Positions 11,746-21,079 are shown, counted from the first letter of the stretch. The stretch: DNA of 32,000 bases from Buchnera aphidicola (Neophyllaphis podocarpi) (GCF_964059055.1 NZ_OZ060386.1:240001-272000), one strand, 5' to 3'. The notes: generated by a model not told the origin, from the letters alone. A program made the numbers and translations.

Positions 11746-12486
11746 ATGCTTAATAAACATGAAAAAAAAAATAATCGTCAAATTGTACTTGATACTGAAA
11801 CTACAGGAATAAATAAAAAAGGTAAACCTTATTTGAATCATCGTATTATAGAAATAGGTGCAGTAGAAATTCTAAATAGAAAATTAACTAATAACAAATT
11901 TCATGTATATATAAAACCTGATAGAAAAATAGATGATTCTGCTTTTAAAATTCATGGCATATCAAATAAATTTTTACTTAATAAGCCTAGTTTTCGTGAT
12001 ATATATAAAGAATTTTTAAAATATATTAATGGATCTGATTTAATTATACATAATGCACCTTTTGATATTGGTTTTCTAAACAATGAATTTAGAATGTTAA
12101 AAAAAGAAATTAACAAAATTGAGAATCTTTGTAATATTATAGATAGTTTAACTATAGCAAGAAAAATTTTCCCTGGAAAAAAAAATAGTCTTGATGCTTT
12201 ATGTAATCGTTATAATCTAATTAATATTGATAGAAATATTCATAGTGCGATTATTGATGCTGAAATTTTAGCAGAAATATACTTAATTATGACAAGCAGA
12301 CAAAATATAATTAATTTTGAATATTGTAATGATAAAAAAAATATAAAAAATACAAAAAATTTTTTAAATAAAAAATTAATTTCTTTTAAAGTGATAAAAG
12401 CAAATTTGGAAGAAAGTATTTTGCATAAAGAATATTTAAATTTAATTTTTAAAAATAATAAAATTTGTTTATGGAAAAAAAATTAA
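11746..12486 (+). CDS. dnaQ: DNA polymerase III epsilon (proofreading exonuclease) subunit
   Basis: The 246-aa ORF has the Exo I motif RQIVLDTETTG, HNAPFDIGFL and HSAIIDAEILAEIYL. It is followed by tRNA-Asp, as in E. coli (dnaQ-aspV). Confidence 0.93.
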   Translation: MLNKHEKKNNRQIVLDTETTGINKKGKPYLNHRIIEIGAVEILNRKLTNNKFHVYIKPDRKIDDSAFKIHGISNKFLLNKPSFRDIYKEFLKYINGSDLIIHNAPFDIGFLNNEFRMLKKEINKIENLCNIIDSLTIARKIFPGKKNSLDALCNRYNLINIDRNIHSAIIDAEILAEIYLIMTSRQNIINFEYCNDKKNIKNTKNFLNKKLISFKVIKANLEESILHKEYLNLIFKNNKICLWKKN

Positions 12487-12509
12487 ATTAATTTTTTTTT
12501 TAAACTACA

Positions 12510-12537
12510 TTGACTATTTTATAAATCAATGTAAAAT
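12510..12537 (+). promoter_or_regulatory. Candidate sigma70 promoter for tRNA-Asp
   Basis: TTGACT lies at 12510-12515. After a 16-nt spacer, TAAAAT lies at 12532-12537, 20 nt upstream of the tRNA 5' end. The -35 hexamer is the same as in the rrs candidate promoter. Confidence 0.45.
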
Positions 12538-12557
12538 GAAATATCTTAATATATAAA

Positions 12558-12631
12558 GGTGCGGTAGTTCAGCTGGTTAGAATATCGGCCTGTCACGCCG
12601 AGGGTCACGGGTTCGAGCCCCGTCCGCACCG
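12558..12631 (+). tRNA. tRNA-Asp (anticodon GUC), no encoded CCA
   Basis: GGTGCGGTAGTTCAGCTGGTTAGAATATCGGCCTGTCACGCCGAGGGTCACGGGTTCGAGCCCCGTCCGCACCG has a 7/7 acceptor stem and discriminator G. It is followed by ATA rather than CCA. Confidence 0.96.
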
Positions 12632-12805
12632 ATAAAGTTTTTATAAAAATTAATTTTGTTTTTTTCTTACTTTCCTATCTTGTAATTAACTTTAAGATTT
12701 TAAATATCTTTAAATAAGAAAAATTATTCTTATAATTATTTTTTAATTAAATTTTTTAACTTTTTATATTTCAAATATCTTTGATACAAAGGATAAACAT
12801 CTAGT

Positions 12806-13387
12806 ATGTATTATGATAAAATCATTACTTATGAACTAAATAATTCCTTAAATATTTTAAGTGATTTTTTAAAAAATAAGAAGCAAATTGAAAATATAGA
12901 AAAAGCTGCAATTTTAATAGCTAATACTTTTAAAAAAGGCGGTAAAGTAATATCTTGTGGTAATGGAGGTTCTCATTGTGATGCTATGCATTTTGCCGAA
13001 GAACTAACTGGAAAATATAGAAAATATAGAAAAGGATATCCTGCTATATCTATTTCAGATTCAGGTTATATATGTTGTATAGGAAATGATTTTGGATATG
13101 AGTATATATTTTCTCGTTATATAGAATCCTTAGGTTATGCTAAAGATGTTTTATTATGTCTTTCAACATCAGGAAACTCTAATAATATTATTAATGCTAT
13201 AAATACTGCTAAGAAAAATCAAATAAAAGTTATATCTCTAATTGGTAACGATGGAGGTAAAATTAAAGGAAAATCAGATATTGAGATTTGTGTTCCTTAT
13301 TTTGGTTATGCTGATAGAATTCAAGAAATGCATATTAAAATTATTCATATAATAATATTTATTATAGAAAAAGAAATGAAAAAATAA
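12806..13387 (+). CDS. gmhA: Phosphoheptose isomerase (SIS domain)
   Basis: The 193-aa ORF has [38 protein letters not shown] and [23 protein letters not shown], which are near-identical to E. coli GmhA. Confidence 0.9.
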   Translation: MYYDKIITYELNNSLNILSDFLKNKKQIENIEKAAILIANTFKKGGKVISCGNGGSHCDAMHFAEELTGKYRKYRKGYPAISISDSGYICCIGNDFGYEYIFSRYIESLGYAKDVLLCLSTSGNSNNIINAINTAKKNQIKVISLIGNDGGKIKGKSDIEICVPYFGYADRIQEMHIKIIHIIIFIIEKEMKK

Positions 13388-13500
13388 AATATTATTTCTT
13401 AAATTAATTTTTTAATAAAAAATAAATAATTATATTTTTATTATAAAAAATAATAACATATTTTTTGTTTAGTCATCTTTAAAAAAGTATAGGTTTTATT

Positions 13501-13968
13501 ATGAGTAACAAATATGTTGTAACTTGGGATATGATTCAAATATATTCAAGACAACTTGCAAATAAATTACTATCAGTCAAAAAATGGAAAGGAATAATTG
13601 CTGTAAGTAGAGGTGGTTTAGTACCTTCAGCCCTTCTTGCAAGAGAATTAAGTATTAGATGTATAGATACTTTATGTATATCAAGTTACGAGTATAACAC
13701 ACTAAAAAATCTCAAAATTATAAAAAAAGCAGAAAAAGATGGTAATAATATTATTATTGTAGATGATCTAGTAGATACAGGAGGTACTGCTCAAATTATA
13801 AGAAAATTATATCCTAAAGCATATTTTGTAACAATATTTGCTAAACCTATTAGTCGTTCATTAGTTGATGATTATATTATTGACGTACCTCAAAAAACAT
13901 GGATAGAACAACCTTGGGATATGGGTTTTTCTTATTTTCCTCCTATTGTACATGAAAAATATAAATAG
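13501..13968 (+). CDS. gpt: Xanthine-guanine phosphoribosyltransferase
   Basis: The 155-aa ORF has [30 protein letters not shown], the PRPP motif [11 protein letters not shown], and [12 protein letters not shown]...[16 protein letters not shown], as in E. coli Gpt. Confidence 0.94.
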   Translation: MSNKYVVTWDMIQIYSRQLANKLLSVKKWKGIIAVSRGGLVPSALLARELSIRCIDTLCISSYEYNTLKNLKIIKKAEKDGNNIIIVDDLVDTGGTAQIIRKLYPKAYFVTIFAKPISRSLVDDYIIDVPQKTWIEQPWDMGFSYFPPIVHEKYK

Positions 13969-14029
13969 TAATTTTTTAATTTATTTGTATAAAATTTTTA
14001 ATTGGTAAATAGCTAGAGGTTAATTTTAC

Positions 14030-14557
14030 ATGCAAAATAAAAATCATAAAACATATAATAAAATACAAGAATTAAACAAAAAAAAAATATATTTGTCTAA
14101 TTTAAAACAACAATTATTTGTTATAGAAAATAAATTTAATAAAATAGTTGTAGATGCAGAAAAAAATATTTTTAATATAAAAAATAGATTACAAAAGGAT
14201 GTAGAAAAAGTTTATAAATTTTCTATAGAAAAAGAAGTAAAATGTTTATTGCCTATAATTGATAGTTTAGAAAGCGCTTTAGAAATAGAAAAAAAATCAA
14301 AAGATAAGTCAAATAAATTAATTTTAAAAATTAAAAATATATTAAATTATTTGATTAATATATTAAATGAATTTAATGTTACAGTAATCTCAGATAATAA
14401 CATACTTTTCAATCCAGAAATACATCAAGCTGTTTCTGTTCAATATAATAAAGATCTAAAAAATAATTCTATTATTATGATTATGCAAAATGGTTATAAG
14501 TTGAATGATAGGTTGTTACGTCCTGCAATGGTAATTGTATCTAAAAAAAATCATTAA
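14030..14557 (+). CDS. grpE: Nucleotide exchange factor GrpE
   Basis: The 175-aa ORF has LLPIIDSLESALE, FNPEIHQAV and LRPAMVIVSK, matching E. coli GrpE LLPVIDSLDRALE, LDPNVHQAI and IRPAMVTVAK. Confidence 0.88.
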   Translation: MQNKNHKTYNKIQELNKKKIYLSNLKQQLFVIENKFNKIVVDAEKNIFNIKNRLQKDVEKVYKFSIEKEVKCLLPIIDSLESALEIEKKSKDKSNKLILKIKNILNYLINILNEFNVTVISDNNILFNPEIHQAVSVQYNKDLKNNSIIMIMQNGYKLNDRLLRPAMVIVSKKNH

Positions 14558-14608
14558 TAGAAAATATTTAAATTAATAAAAAGTCAATTAAAAAATATAT
14601 ATCTTAAA

Positions 14609-14633
14609 AAAATCATTAATTTAAATAATGATT
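14609..14633 (+). terminator. Weak candidate hairpin downstream of grpE
   Basis: AAATCATTA / loop ATTTAAA / TAATGATTT forms a 9-bp stem (one G-C pair), and a T6 run lies 9 nt further on. It is not a canonical GC-rich intrinsic terminator. Confidence 0.2.
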
Positions 14634-14673
14634 TAATTTAAGTTTTTTAATAAAAATATTTTATATATAAAAT

Positions 14674-15138
14674 ATGAAAAATCATAAAACAAAAAAAGTT
14701 TTTAATAAGCGCGCTGTATATGACTATTTTATAGAAAAAAAAATTGAATCGGGTATGGTATTACATGGATGGGAAATTAAATCTATAAGATCAGGAAAAA
14801 TAAACATTAATAATAGTTATATTTTTATTAATAAAAATGAAGTTTTTTTGATAGGATCAGTTATAGATCCTTTATCATATATAAATGATTATAAATCATG
14901 TAATACTAAAAGAAATAGAAAATTGCTTTTGAATAAAAAAGAGATAAATTTTTTACGCGGATATACTAATAGATCAGGATATACATTAATCTCAACTTCA
15001 TGTTACTGGAAAAAGTCTTTTTATAAACTTCAAATTGGATTAGCTAAAAGTAAACAAAAAAAAGATAAAAGAGAACAAGAGAAAAAACATGAATGGGATT
15101 TAAATAAAAGAAGATTAATGAAAAATAAAATTTATTGA
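14674..15138 (+). CDS. smpB: SsrA-binding protein (tmRNA cofactor)
   Basis: The 154-aa ORF has NKRA.YDYFIE...ESGMVL.GWEIKS.R.GK.NI..SY, R.RKLLLNKKEI, GYTL...S.YWK and the basic C-terminal tail, as in E. coli SmpB. Confidence 0.9.
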   Translation: MKNHKTKKVFNKRAVYDYFIEKKIESGMVLHGWEIKSIRSGKININNSYIFINKNEVFLIGSVIDPLSYINDYKSCNTKRNRKLLLNKKEINFLRGYTNRSGYTLISTSCYWKKSFYKLQIGLAKSKQKKDKREQEKKHEWDLNKRRLMKNKIY

Positions 15139-15169
15139 TTGTATTCAAAAATATAGGAAAAATTTAAAT

Positions 15170-15640
15170 TTGGATAATAAAGTTATAGATAAGTTTTGGA
15201 TGAAAGAAGCTTTAAAATTAGCTAAAATAGCTTATTTAAGCAATGAAGTTCCAGTAGGATCTGTATTAGTTAATTCAAATAATATTATGATAGGTCAAGG
15301 ATATAACACTTCTATAAATAAAAATGATCCTACAGCTCATGCTGAAATATTAGCAATTCGTGATGGTTCTTTCAACTTGCAAAATTATAGGTTATTAAAC
15401 ACTACATTATATGTTACATTAGAACCATGCATAATGTGCATAGGTGCAATTATAAATAGTAGAATAAAAAGATTAGTTTTTAGCCTTAAACATTTTAAAA
15501 ATAATAAATTTTCTAATAATGTTTCTACAAATTTACATAGATTAATAAATAAAAATAATATTTTAGTAGAAACAGGAATCCTAAAAAAAGATTCTTTATA
15601 TTTGTTAAGTAGTTTTTTTAAAACAAAGAGAAAAAATTAA
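15170..15640 (+). CDS. tadA: tRNA-specific adenosine deaminase
   Basis: The 156-aa ORF has the deaminase zinc motifs DPTAHAEILAIR (HAE) and TLEPCIMCIGAI (PCxxC). The start is TTG at 15170, preceded by AGGAAA. An alternative ATG lies at 15200. Confidence 0.85.
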   Translation: MDNKVIDKFWMKEALKLAKIAYLSNEVPVGSVLVNSNNIMIGQGYNTSINKNDPTAHAEILAIRDGSFNLQNYRLLNTTLYVTLEPCIMCIGAIINSRIKRLVFSLKHFKNNKFSNNVSTNLHRLINKNNILVETGILKKDSLYLLSSFFKTKRKN

Positions 15641-16017
15641 TTCTCTATTATAACTATTGCATGCGCATATTTTACTTCATCAGATATACTTAAATGTATT
15701 TTTTTTATTCCTATATTTTTTGTAAAAAATACTCCTTTATTTATAAAGCGTATATTAGGTTTACCTAAATAATCATTATATATTTCTAAATTATTAAAAT
15801 ATAATCCATTTCTAAATCCAGTACCAAGTGCTTTTACTAAAGCTTCTTTTGCTACGAATCTTTTTGCCAAAAATTTAATATAATCTTTACTAATTAAATA
15901 TTTTTTTAATTCATATTTAGATAGTATTTTTTTTGCTAATTTATCTTTTAATTTTGAAATAGAATTTTTTATTCTTTTTATTTCAATAATATCTGTTCCT
16001 ATACCTACTATGCTCAT
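15637..16017 (-). CDS. acpS: Holo-[acyl-carrier-protein] synthase
   Basis: The 126-aa ORF has MSIVGIGTDIIEI.RI and FVAKEALVKALGTG, typical of AcpS. It lies downstream of pdxJ, as in E. coli. Confidence 0.88.
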   Translation of the reverse strand: MSIVGIGTDIIEIKRIKNSISKLKDKLAKKILSKYELKKYLISKDYIKFLAKRFVAKEALVKALGTGFRNGLYFNNLEIYNDYLGKPNIRFINKGVFFTKNIGIKKIHLSISDEVKYAHAIVIIEN

Positions 16018-16033
16018 ATTATAATATTTTCTC

Positions 16034-16765
16034 TTATTTAATTTTTTCTATTAAATATTTTATTTGTTTAATAGCTTTTTCTAAACCGACTATTAAAGCT
16101 CTGCTAATTATCGAATGACCAATATTAATAACTGATATATAAGGTATTTCAATTATTTTAGATATATTAAAATAATCTAATCCATGTCCTGCATGAACAT
16201 TTACTTTATTAGCATTAGCAAAACTAGATACATCTATAATTTTGTTTATTTCTTTTGATTTTGTTTTACTTGTTTTACAATTAGAATATTTACCTGTATT
16301 AATTTCAATATTAGAACATCCAATCGATATAGCTTGTTTTATTTGATCCATACATGGATCAATAAAAACTGATGTTTGTATTCCATTAGATTCTAATTTG
16401 ATAATATGTTCTTTAATTTTTTTACTTTCTTTTATTAAGTTAACTCCTTTTTCTGTTGTTAATTCTTGTCTTTTCTCTGGAACTAAACAGCAAAATTCAG
16501 GTTGAATATAGTAAGCAATATCTATCATAGATTTAGATGTAGATATTTCTAAATTCATAGATGTTTGAATTGTTTGTTTTAATATTTTAATATCTCTTTC
16601 TTTAATATGTCTTCTATCCTCACGTAAATGCACAGTTATTAAATCTGCTCCTGATTGTTCTGCAATATAAGCGGCGTGTACTGGATCTGGATATAATGTG
16701 TGTCTAGCATTTCTAATAGTTGCTATATGATCAATATTTACACCTAGTTTTTTTTTATTTTTCAT
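16034..16765 (-). CDS. pdxJ: Pyridoxine 5'-phosphate synthase
   Basis: The 243-aa ORF has LGVNIDHIAT.RNAR.T.YPDPV.AA.IAEQ.GAD.ITVHLREDRRHI..RD, near-identical to E. coli PdxJ. Confidence 0.94.
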   Translation of the reverse strand: MKNKKKLGVNIDHIATIRNARHTLYPDPVHAAYIAEQSGADLITVHLREDRRHIKERDIKILKQTIQTSMNLEISTSKSMIDIAYYIQPEFCCLVPEKRQELTTEKGVNLIKESKKIKEHIIKLESNGIQTSVFIDPCMDQIKQAISIGCSNIEINTGKYSNCKTSKTKSKEINKIIDVSSFANANKVNVHAGHGLDYFNISKIIEIPYISVINIGHSIISRALIVGLEKAIKQIKYLIEKIK

Positions 16766-16804
16766 AAAATTAACTCCATTTTTTTATCTATTTTAAAAAT
16801 TATA

Positions 16805-17641
16805 TTATTGTGGATCATTTTTTACCCATAACTTCAAATTTACTTTATTTTTTAAAATTTTTTCTATACTAATTCTAGAACTAATACTACATATTTTAAT
16901 TTTATTTCCCTTATGACCTAAAATAATTTTTTTATGTCTATATTTTTTAATTAGTATTATTGCTTGAATTTCATAAATATTATTTTTATTTTTTTTAAAA
17001 CTATCTATTATTACCTTAATAAAATAAGGTATTTCTTCCCCTAAGTTTCTAAATAATTTTTCTCTTATAATTTCAGTACAAATAAAAATTTTATTATTAT
17101 TAGTTATATATTTTTTGTTAAATATATGTTCAGATTGAGGAATTAAATTTTTTATTATTTTTTTTAAAACTAAAATATTATTTTCTTTTTTTGCTGATAT
17201 TGGTATAATTTCTTTAAAATTAGTTTTATTTTTAATAATAAAAATTTTTTTTAATAAAATATTTTTATTAGGTAATTTATCAATTTTATTAATAATTAAT
17301 ATTATAGGTACATTTTTATATTTTTTTAAAATTAATTTTAAAAAAAAATCATTTTCTTTGTTCCAAAACAAATTGTCTACAACAAACAAAATTAAATTAA
17401 AAGTAAATTTAATTTTGTTTGTTGAATTATTTAGCGAATTTTTTATTCCAGGATTATCTATGTATATTATTTGGTAATTCTTATCTGTTTTTACTCCTAT
17501 TATTTTTTTTTCTGTTGTGTGCTTTTTTTTTGATGTAATAGATATTTTTTTTTCTATTAATTTATTAAAAATAGTTGATTTACCTACATTAGTAGCACCT
17601 AATATTGTAACACAACCACAATAATTTTTTTTTAAATTCAT
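16805..17641 (-). CDS. era: GTPase Era
   Basis: The 278-aa ORF has YCG...I.G..NVGKST..NKL...KISITS.K..TT, NPG (G3) and NKID (G4). Its ATG overlaps the rnc stop (ATGA). It is about 20 aa shorter at the C-terminus than E. coli Era (301 aa). Confidence 0.88.
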   Translation of the reverse strand: MNLKKNYCGCVTILGATNVGKSTIFNKLIEKKISITSKKKHTTEKKIIGVKTDKNYQIIYIDNPGIKNSLNNSTNKIKFTFNLILFVVDNLFWNKENDFFLKLILKKYKNVPIILIINKIDKLPNKNILLKKIFIIKNKTNFKEIIPISAKKENNILVLKKIIKNLIPQSEHIFNKKYITNNNKIFICTEIIREKLFRNLGEEIPYFIKVIIDSFKKNKNNIYEIQAIILIKKYRHKKIILGHKGNKIKICSISSRISIEKILKNKVNLKLWVKNDPQ

Positions 17642-18318
17642 TCTATTCCTAATTTGATAAGTGCATTTTGAGCAGCTTTTTGCTCTGCTTTTCTTCTACT
17701 AGAACCTATTCCTATTAAATCTTCTGAAAAATTGCTTATTTCACAATTTATTGTAAATTTTTGTTCATGAGCTTCACCGCATATTTCTATAATTATATAA
17801 GAAGGTAATGGTAAATGTTTTGATTGTAAAAATTCTTGTAATCTAGTTTTTGGATCTTTTTGTTTATCACCTGGGCTTATATTATTTAGTCTAGATTCAT
17901 ACCATTTTAATATTAATTTTTCTACTTTTTTTATGTTACTGTCTAAAAATATTCCACCTATTAATGCTTCCACTGCATTTGCTAGTATAGATTCTCTTCT
18001 ATATCCTCCGCTTTTTAATTCTCCAGGACCTAATCTTAAATATTTTCCCAAAGTAAACTCACCTGCTATTTCTGAGAGAGTATTACCTCTGACTAATGTA
18101 GCTCTCATTCTACTCATATCTCCTTCATTGATATAAGGGAAACGATGATACAAAGCTGCAGCAATAACAAAACTTAAAATAGAATCTCCTAAGAATTCTA
18201 ACCTTTCATTATGATTATTACTAGCACTTCTGTGAGTTAATGCTCTATGTAATAATTCTTCATGATGAAAATCATATCCTAGTATTTTTTGTAATCTGTT
18301 AGTTAAGATTAATTTCAT
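17638..18318 (-). CDS. rnc: Ribonuclease III
   Basis: The 226-aa ORF is the same length as E. coli RNase III and shares long identical runs with it ([76 protein letters not shown]). Confidence 0.98.
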   Translation of the reverse strand: MKLILTNRLQKILGYDFHHEELLHRALTHRSASNNHNERLEFLGDSILSFVIAAALYHRFPYINEGDMSRMRATLVRGNTLSEIAGEFTLGKYLRLGPGELKSGGYRRESILANAVEALIGGIFLDSNIKKVEKLILKWYESRLNNISPGDKQKDPKTRLQEFLQSKHLPLPSYIIIEICGEAHEQKFTINCEISNFSEDLIGIGSSRRKAEQKAAQNALIKLGIE

Positions 18319-18384
18319 AAAATACCAATTTTAAAATAAAAAAATAAATTACATTTTATAAATGTAAACAATGGAATATAAAAA

Positions 18385-19137
18385 TTATTTTAATATTTTT
18401 ATTCTACTTAAATTTATATTATAAAAAAATAATTTTTTTTCTTGCTTAGTTATATTAATCCATATTAAAAATGCTTTTCCTACTAAATTTTTTTCCGGAA
18501 TAAAACCCCAATATCTACTATCATAACTGTTATCACGATTATCACCTAATACAAAGTATTTATTTTTAGGTACTACCCATATATTATTTGATTTTATATT
18601 TTTATTTAAATTGTTTTTGTAATTAAAATCATTTATTTTTTTATTTAATAAAATATCATATGATTTATTATTTATATTTTCCTTTTTAGTATATAAAACA
18701 CATGAATTATATAATTTATCTTTATTTGTAAAATTTTCTTTAATTTTACTACAAAAATTATTATCTTTAATATATTTACTGTATTTTTTTTTAGAATATT
18801 TAACAAATGTTTCATTATTAATTTTATTTGAGTATATATTGATTGTTTTATTTATTTCACTATATTCAATTATATCTCCAGGAACTCCTATTATTCTTTT
18901 AATAAAATATAAATTTTGATTTTTTGGATATTTAAATACAACAATATCTCCTCTTTTTAGATTTTCTTTGTAATTTGTTTTATTACTGTTTATATGATTT
19001 TGAATAAAATAATTTAATTTATTAACAAGTATAAAATCTCCAGTAATTAGATTTGGCATCATAGAATTTGAAGAAATATAAAATGATTCAATAAAAAAAT
19101 ATCTAATTATAAAAAATAATATAAAAGGTACAAACAA
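18385..19137 (-). CDS. lepB: Signal peptidase I, main ORF (TM2 plus catalytic domain). The N-terminal TM1 segment is encoded in another frame upstream.
   Basis: The 250-aa ORF has the catalytic Ser box SSNSMMPNL.TGDFILV (E. coli SGSMMPTLLIGDFILV), RGDIVVFKYP, YIKR..G.PGD, GDNRDNS.DSRYWGF.PE.NLVG.A and LSRI. The track's start is TTG at 19135-19137. The frame is open up to 19185. Confidence 0.9.
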   Translation of the reverse strand: MFVPFILFFIIRYFFIESFYISSNSMMPNLITGDFILVNKLNYFIQNHINSNKTNYKENLKRGDIVVFKYPKNQNLYFIKRIIGVPGDIIEYSEINKTINIYSNKINNETFVKYSKKKYSKYIKDNNFCSKIKENFTNKDKLYNSCVLYTKKENINNKSYDILLNKKINDFNYKNNLNKNIKSNNIWVVPKNKYFVLGDNRDNSYDSRYWGFIPEKNLVGKAFLIWINITKQEKKLFFYNINLSRIKILK

Positions 19138-19160
19138 AGATGATATATAATTAATGATTT

Positions 19161-19280
19161 TTAAATGTTTTTTTTTATTTTTTTTTTATTAGTTATGTTT
19201 TTTTTTATAAAAAAACATAACCCTGTTATAATTAAAATTATTAATAATATATAGTTAATTTTTTTTTCTGTGATGTTCAT
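19161..19280 (-). pseudogene. lepB: Out-of-frame 5' fragment of lepB (39 codons encoding the TM1-like segment)
   Basis: My own translation of the minus strand gives ATG at 19278-19280 and MNITEKKINYILLIILIITGLCFFIKKNITNKKKIKKNI*. This resembles E. coli LepB TM1 plus the basic loop (..LILVIATLVTGILWCVDKFFFAPKRR..). It overlaps the main lepB frame across T9 (19168-19176) and T10 (19178-19187) runs, offset by one nucleotide. Confidence 0.6.
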
Positions 19281-19288
19281 ATTTAATT

Positions 19289-21079
19289 TTATTTATATTT
19301 ACCTAAAATTGTTAAAAATACTTCTTGTGGAATTTGAATATTTCCTATTTTTTTCATTTTCTTTTTACCATATTTTTGTTTTTGTATTAGTTTTTTCTTT
19401 CTACTTATATCTCCTCCATAACATTTTGCTATTACATTTTTACGTAATTGTTTTATAGTTTCTCTTGCTATTATATTATTTTCTATAGAAGCTTGAATAA
19501 TGATATTAAATTGATGCCTAGGAATTATATTTTTTATATTTTCTACTATTTTTTTAGCTTTTTTAATTGCATTACTTTTATGAATTATTATAGATAAAGC
19601 ATCTATTCTATCAGAATTAATTAAAATGTCTAAACGAACTACATTAGATTTTTTAAATTTTAAGAAATTATATTTTAATGAAGCGTATCCGCTAGAAATT
19701 GATTTTAGAGAGTCAAAAAAATTTAATATAACTTCTGACATAGGAATTTCATAAATTAATTCTACTTGATCGTTATGATATATCATATTTTTTTGTATCC
19801 CTCTTCTATCTACACATAAAGATATAATATTTCCCACATATTTTATTGGAGATAAAATATTGCATTTAGCTATAGGTTCTTTAATAGCTTTAATTAAATT
19901 TTTTTTTGGTAATTTAATTGGATTATCAATAATAATTGAATTATTATCATTTAATTCAATTTCATAATTTACTGTAGGTGTTGTAGAAATTAAATCTAGG
20001 TTGTATTCTCTTTCTAATCTTTCTTTAACAATTTCCATATGTAATAAACCTAAAAAACCACATCTAAAACCAAAACCTAAAGCAATAGAATTTTCTGGTT
20101 CATATAATAAAGAAGAATCATTTAAACTTAGTTTATTTAGAGAATTTCTAAAATGTTCATAATAATTTGAATCATTCGGAAATAATCCTGCATATATTTG
20201 TGGTTTTATAACTTTAAATCCTGGCAATGGTAATTCAGCTGAATTTTTTTTTGTAGTTATTGTATCTCCTATAGGAGCTCCTAAAATATTTTTAATTCCA
20301 CAAACAATCCACCCTACAGAACCACAACTTAATTTGCTTTTTTCTTGTTTTTTAGGTGTAAAAGTTCCTAACTTTTCTACAGTAAAGCTTTGGTTTGTGC
20401 TCATAATTTTAATTTTATCTCCTAATTTAATTTTTCCTTCTTTTATTCTTATTAATGATATCACTCCTAAGTATTTATCAAACCAAGAATCTAAAATTAA
20501 AGCTTGTAATCTATTTAAAGAACTTCCTTTAGGATAAGGTATTTCTTCTATTATTTTTTCTAATAAATCTGTAATACCATAACCTGTTTTTGCAGAACAT
20601 CTAGTAACATTTAATGTTTTTATTCCTATAATCTGCTCAATTTCTTTTAATACTTTTTTTGGGTTTGATGTAGGTAAATCAATTTTATTTAAAACAGGAA
20701 TAACTTTTAAGTTCATTTCAAGAGCAATATTACAATTAGCTAATGTTTGAGCTTCTACTCCTTGTGTTGAATCGATTATTAAAATAGCTCCTTCGCATGC
20801 TGATAGAGAACGTGATACTTCATATGAAAAATCAACATGCCCTGGAGTATCTATTAAATTTAACTTAAATATTTTACTTTTTTTACTTTTATATTTTAAA
20901 CTTACGCTTTGTGCTTTAATCGTAATTCCTCTTTCTTTTTCTATATCCATAGAATCTAATATTTGATCTGACATTTCTCTTTTTGTTAATCCTTTGCAAA
21001 ATTGTATAAAACGATCAGCTATAGTAGATTTTCCGTGGTCTATATGAGCTATTATTGAAAAGTTTCTTATGTTTTTCAT
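19289..21079 (-). CDS. lepA: Elongation factor 4 (translational GTPase LepA)
   Basis: The 596-aa ORF (E. coli 599 aa) has [33 protein letters not shown] and the C-terminal LepA-specific region. It lies upstream of lepB, as in E. coli. Confidence 0.97.
   Translation of the reverse strand: MKNIRNFSIIAHIDHGKSTIADRFIQFCKGLTKREMSDQILDSMDIEKERGITIKAQSVSLKYKSKKSKIFKLNLIDTPGHVDFSYEVSRSLSACEGAILIIDSTQGVEAQTLANCNIALEMNLKVIPVLNKIDLPTSNPKKVLKEIEQIIGIKTLNVTRCSAKTGYGITDLLEKIIEEIPYPKGSSLNRLQALILDSWFDKYLGVISLIRIKEGKIKLGDKIKIMSTNQSFTVEKLGTFTPKKQEKSKLSCGSVGWIVCGIKNILGAPIGDTITTKKNSAELPLPGFKVIKPQIYAGLFPNDSNYYEHFRNSLNKLSLNDSSLLYEPENSIALGFGFRCGFLGLLHMEIVKERLEREYNLDLISTTPTVNYEIELNDNNSIIIDNPIKLPKKNLIKAIKEPIAKCNILSPIKYVGNIISLCVDRRGIQKNMIYHNDQVELIYEIPMSEVILNFFDSLKSISSGYASLKYNFLKFKKSNVVRLDILINSDRIDALSIIIHKSNAIKKAKKIVENIKNIIPRHQFNIIIQASIENNIIARETIKQLRKNVIAKCYGGDISRKKKLIQKQKYGKKKMKKIGNIQIPQEVFLTILGKYK

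Noticed and set aside
17933-18136. A 67-aa plus-strand ORF inside rnc.
   Set aside because: It is antisense to the extremely conserved RNase III coding sequence.
19270-20537. Plus-strand ORFs 19270-19458 and 20334-20537.
   Set aside because: Both are antisense to lepA, and 19270-19458 also overlaps the lepB 5' fragment. They have no independent support.
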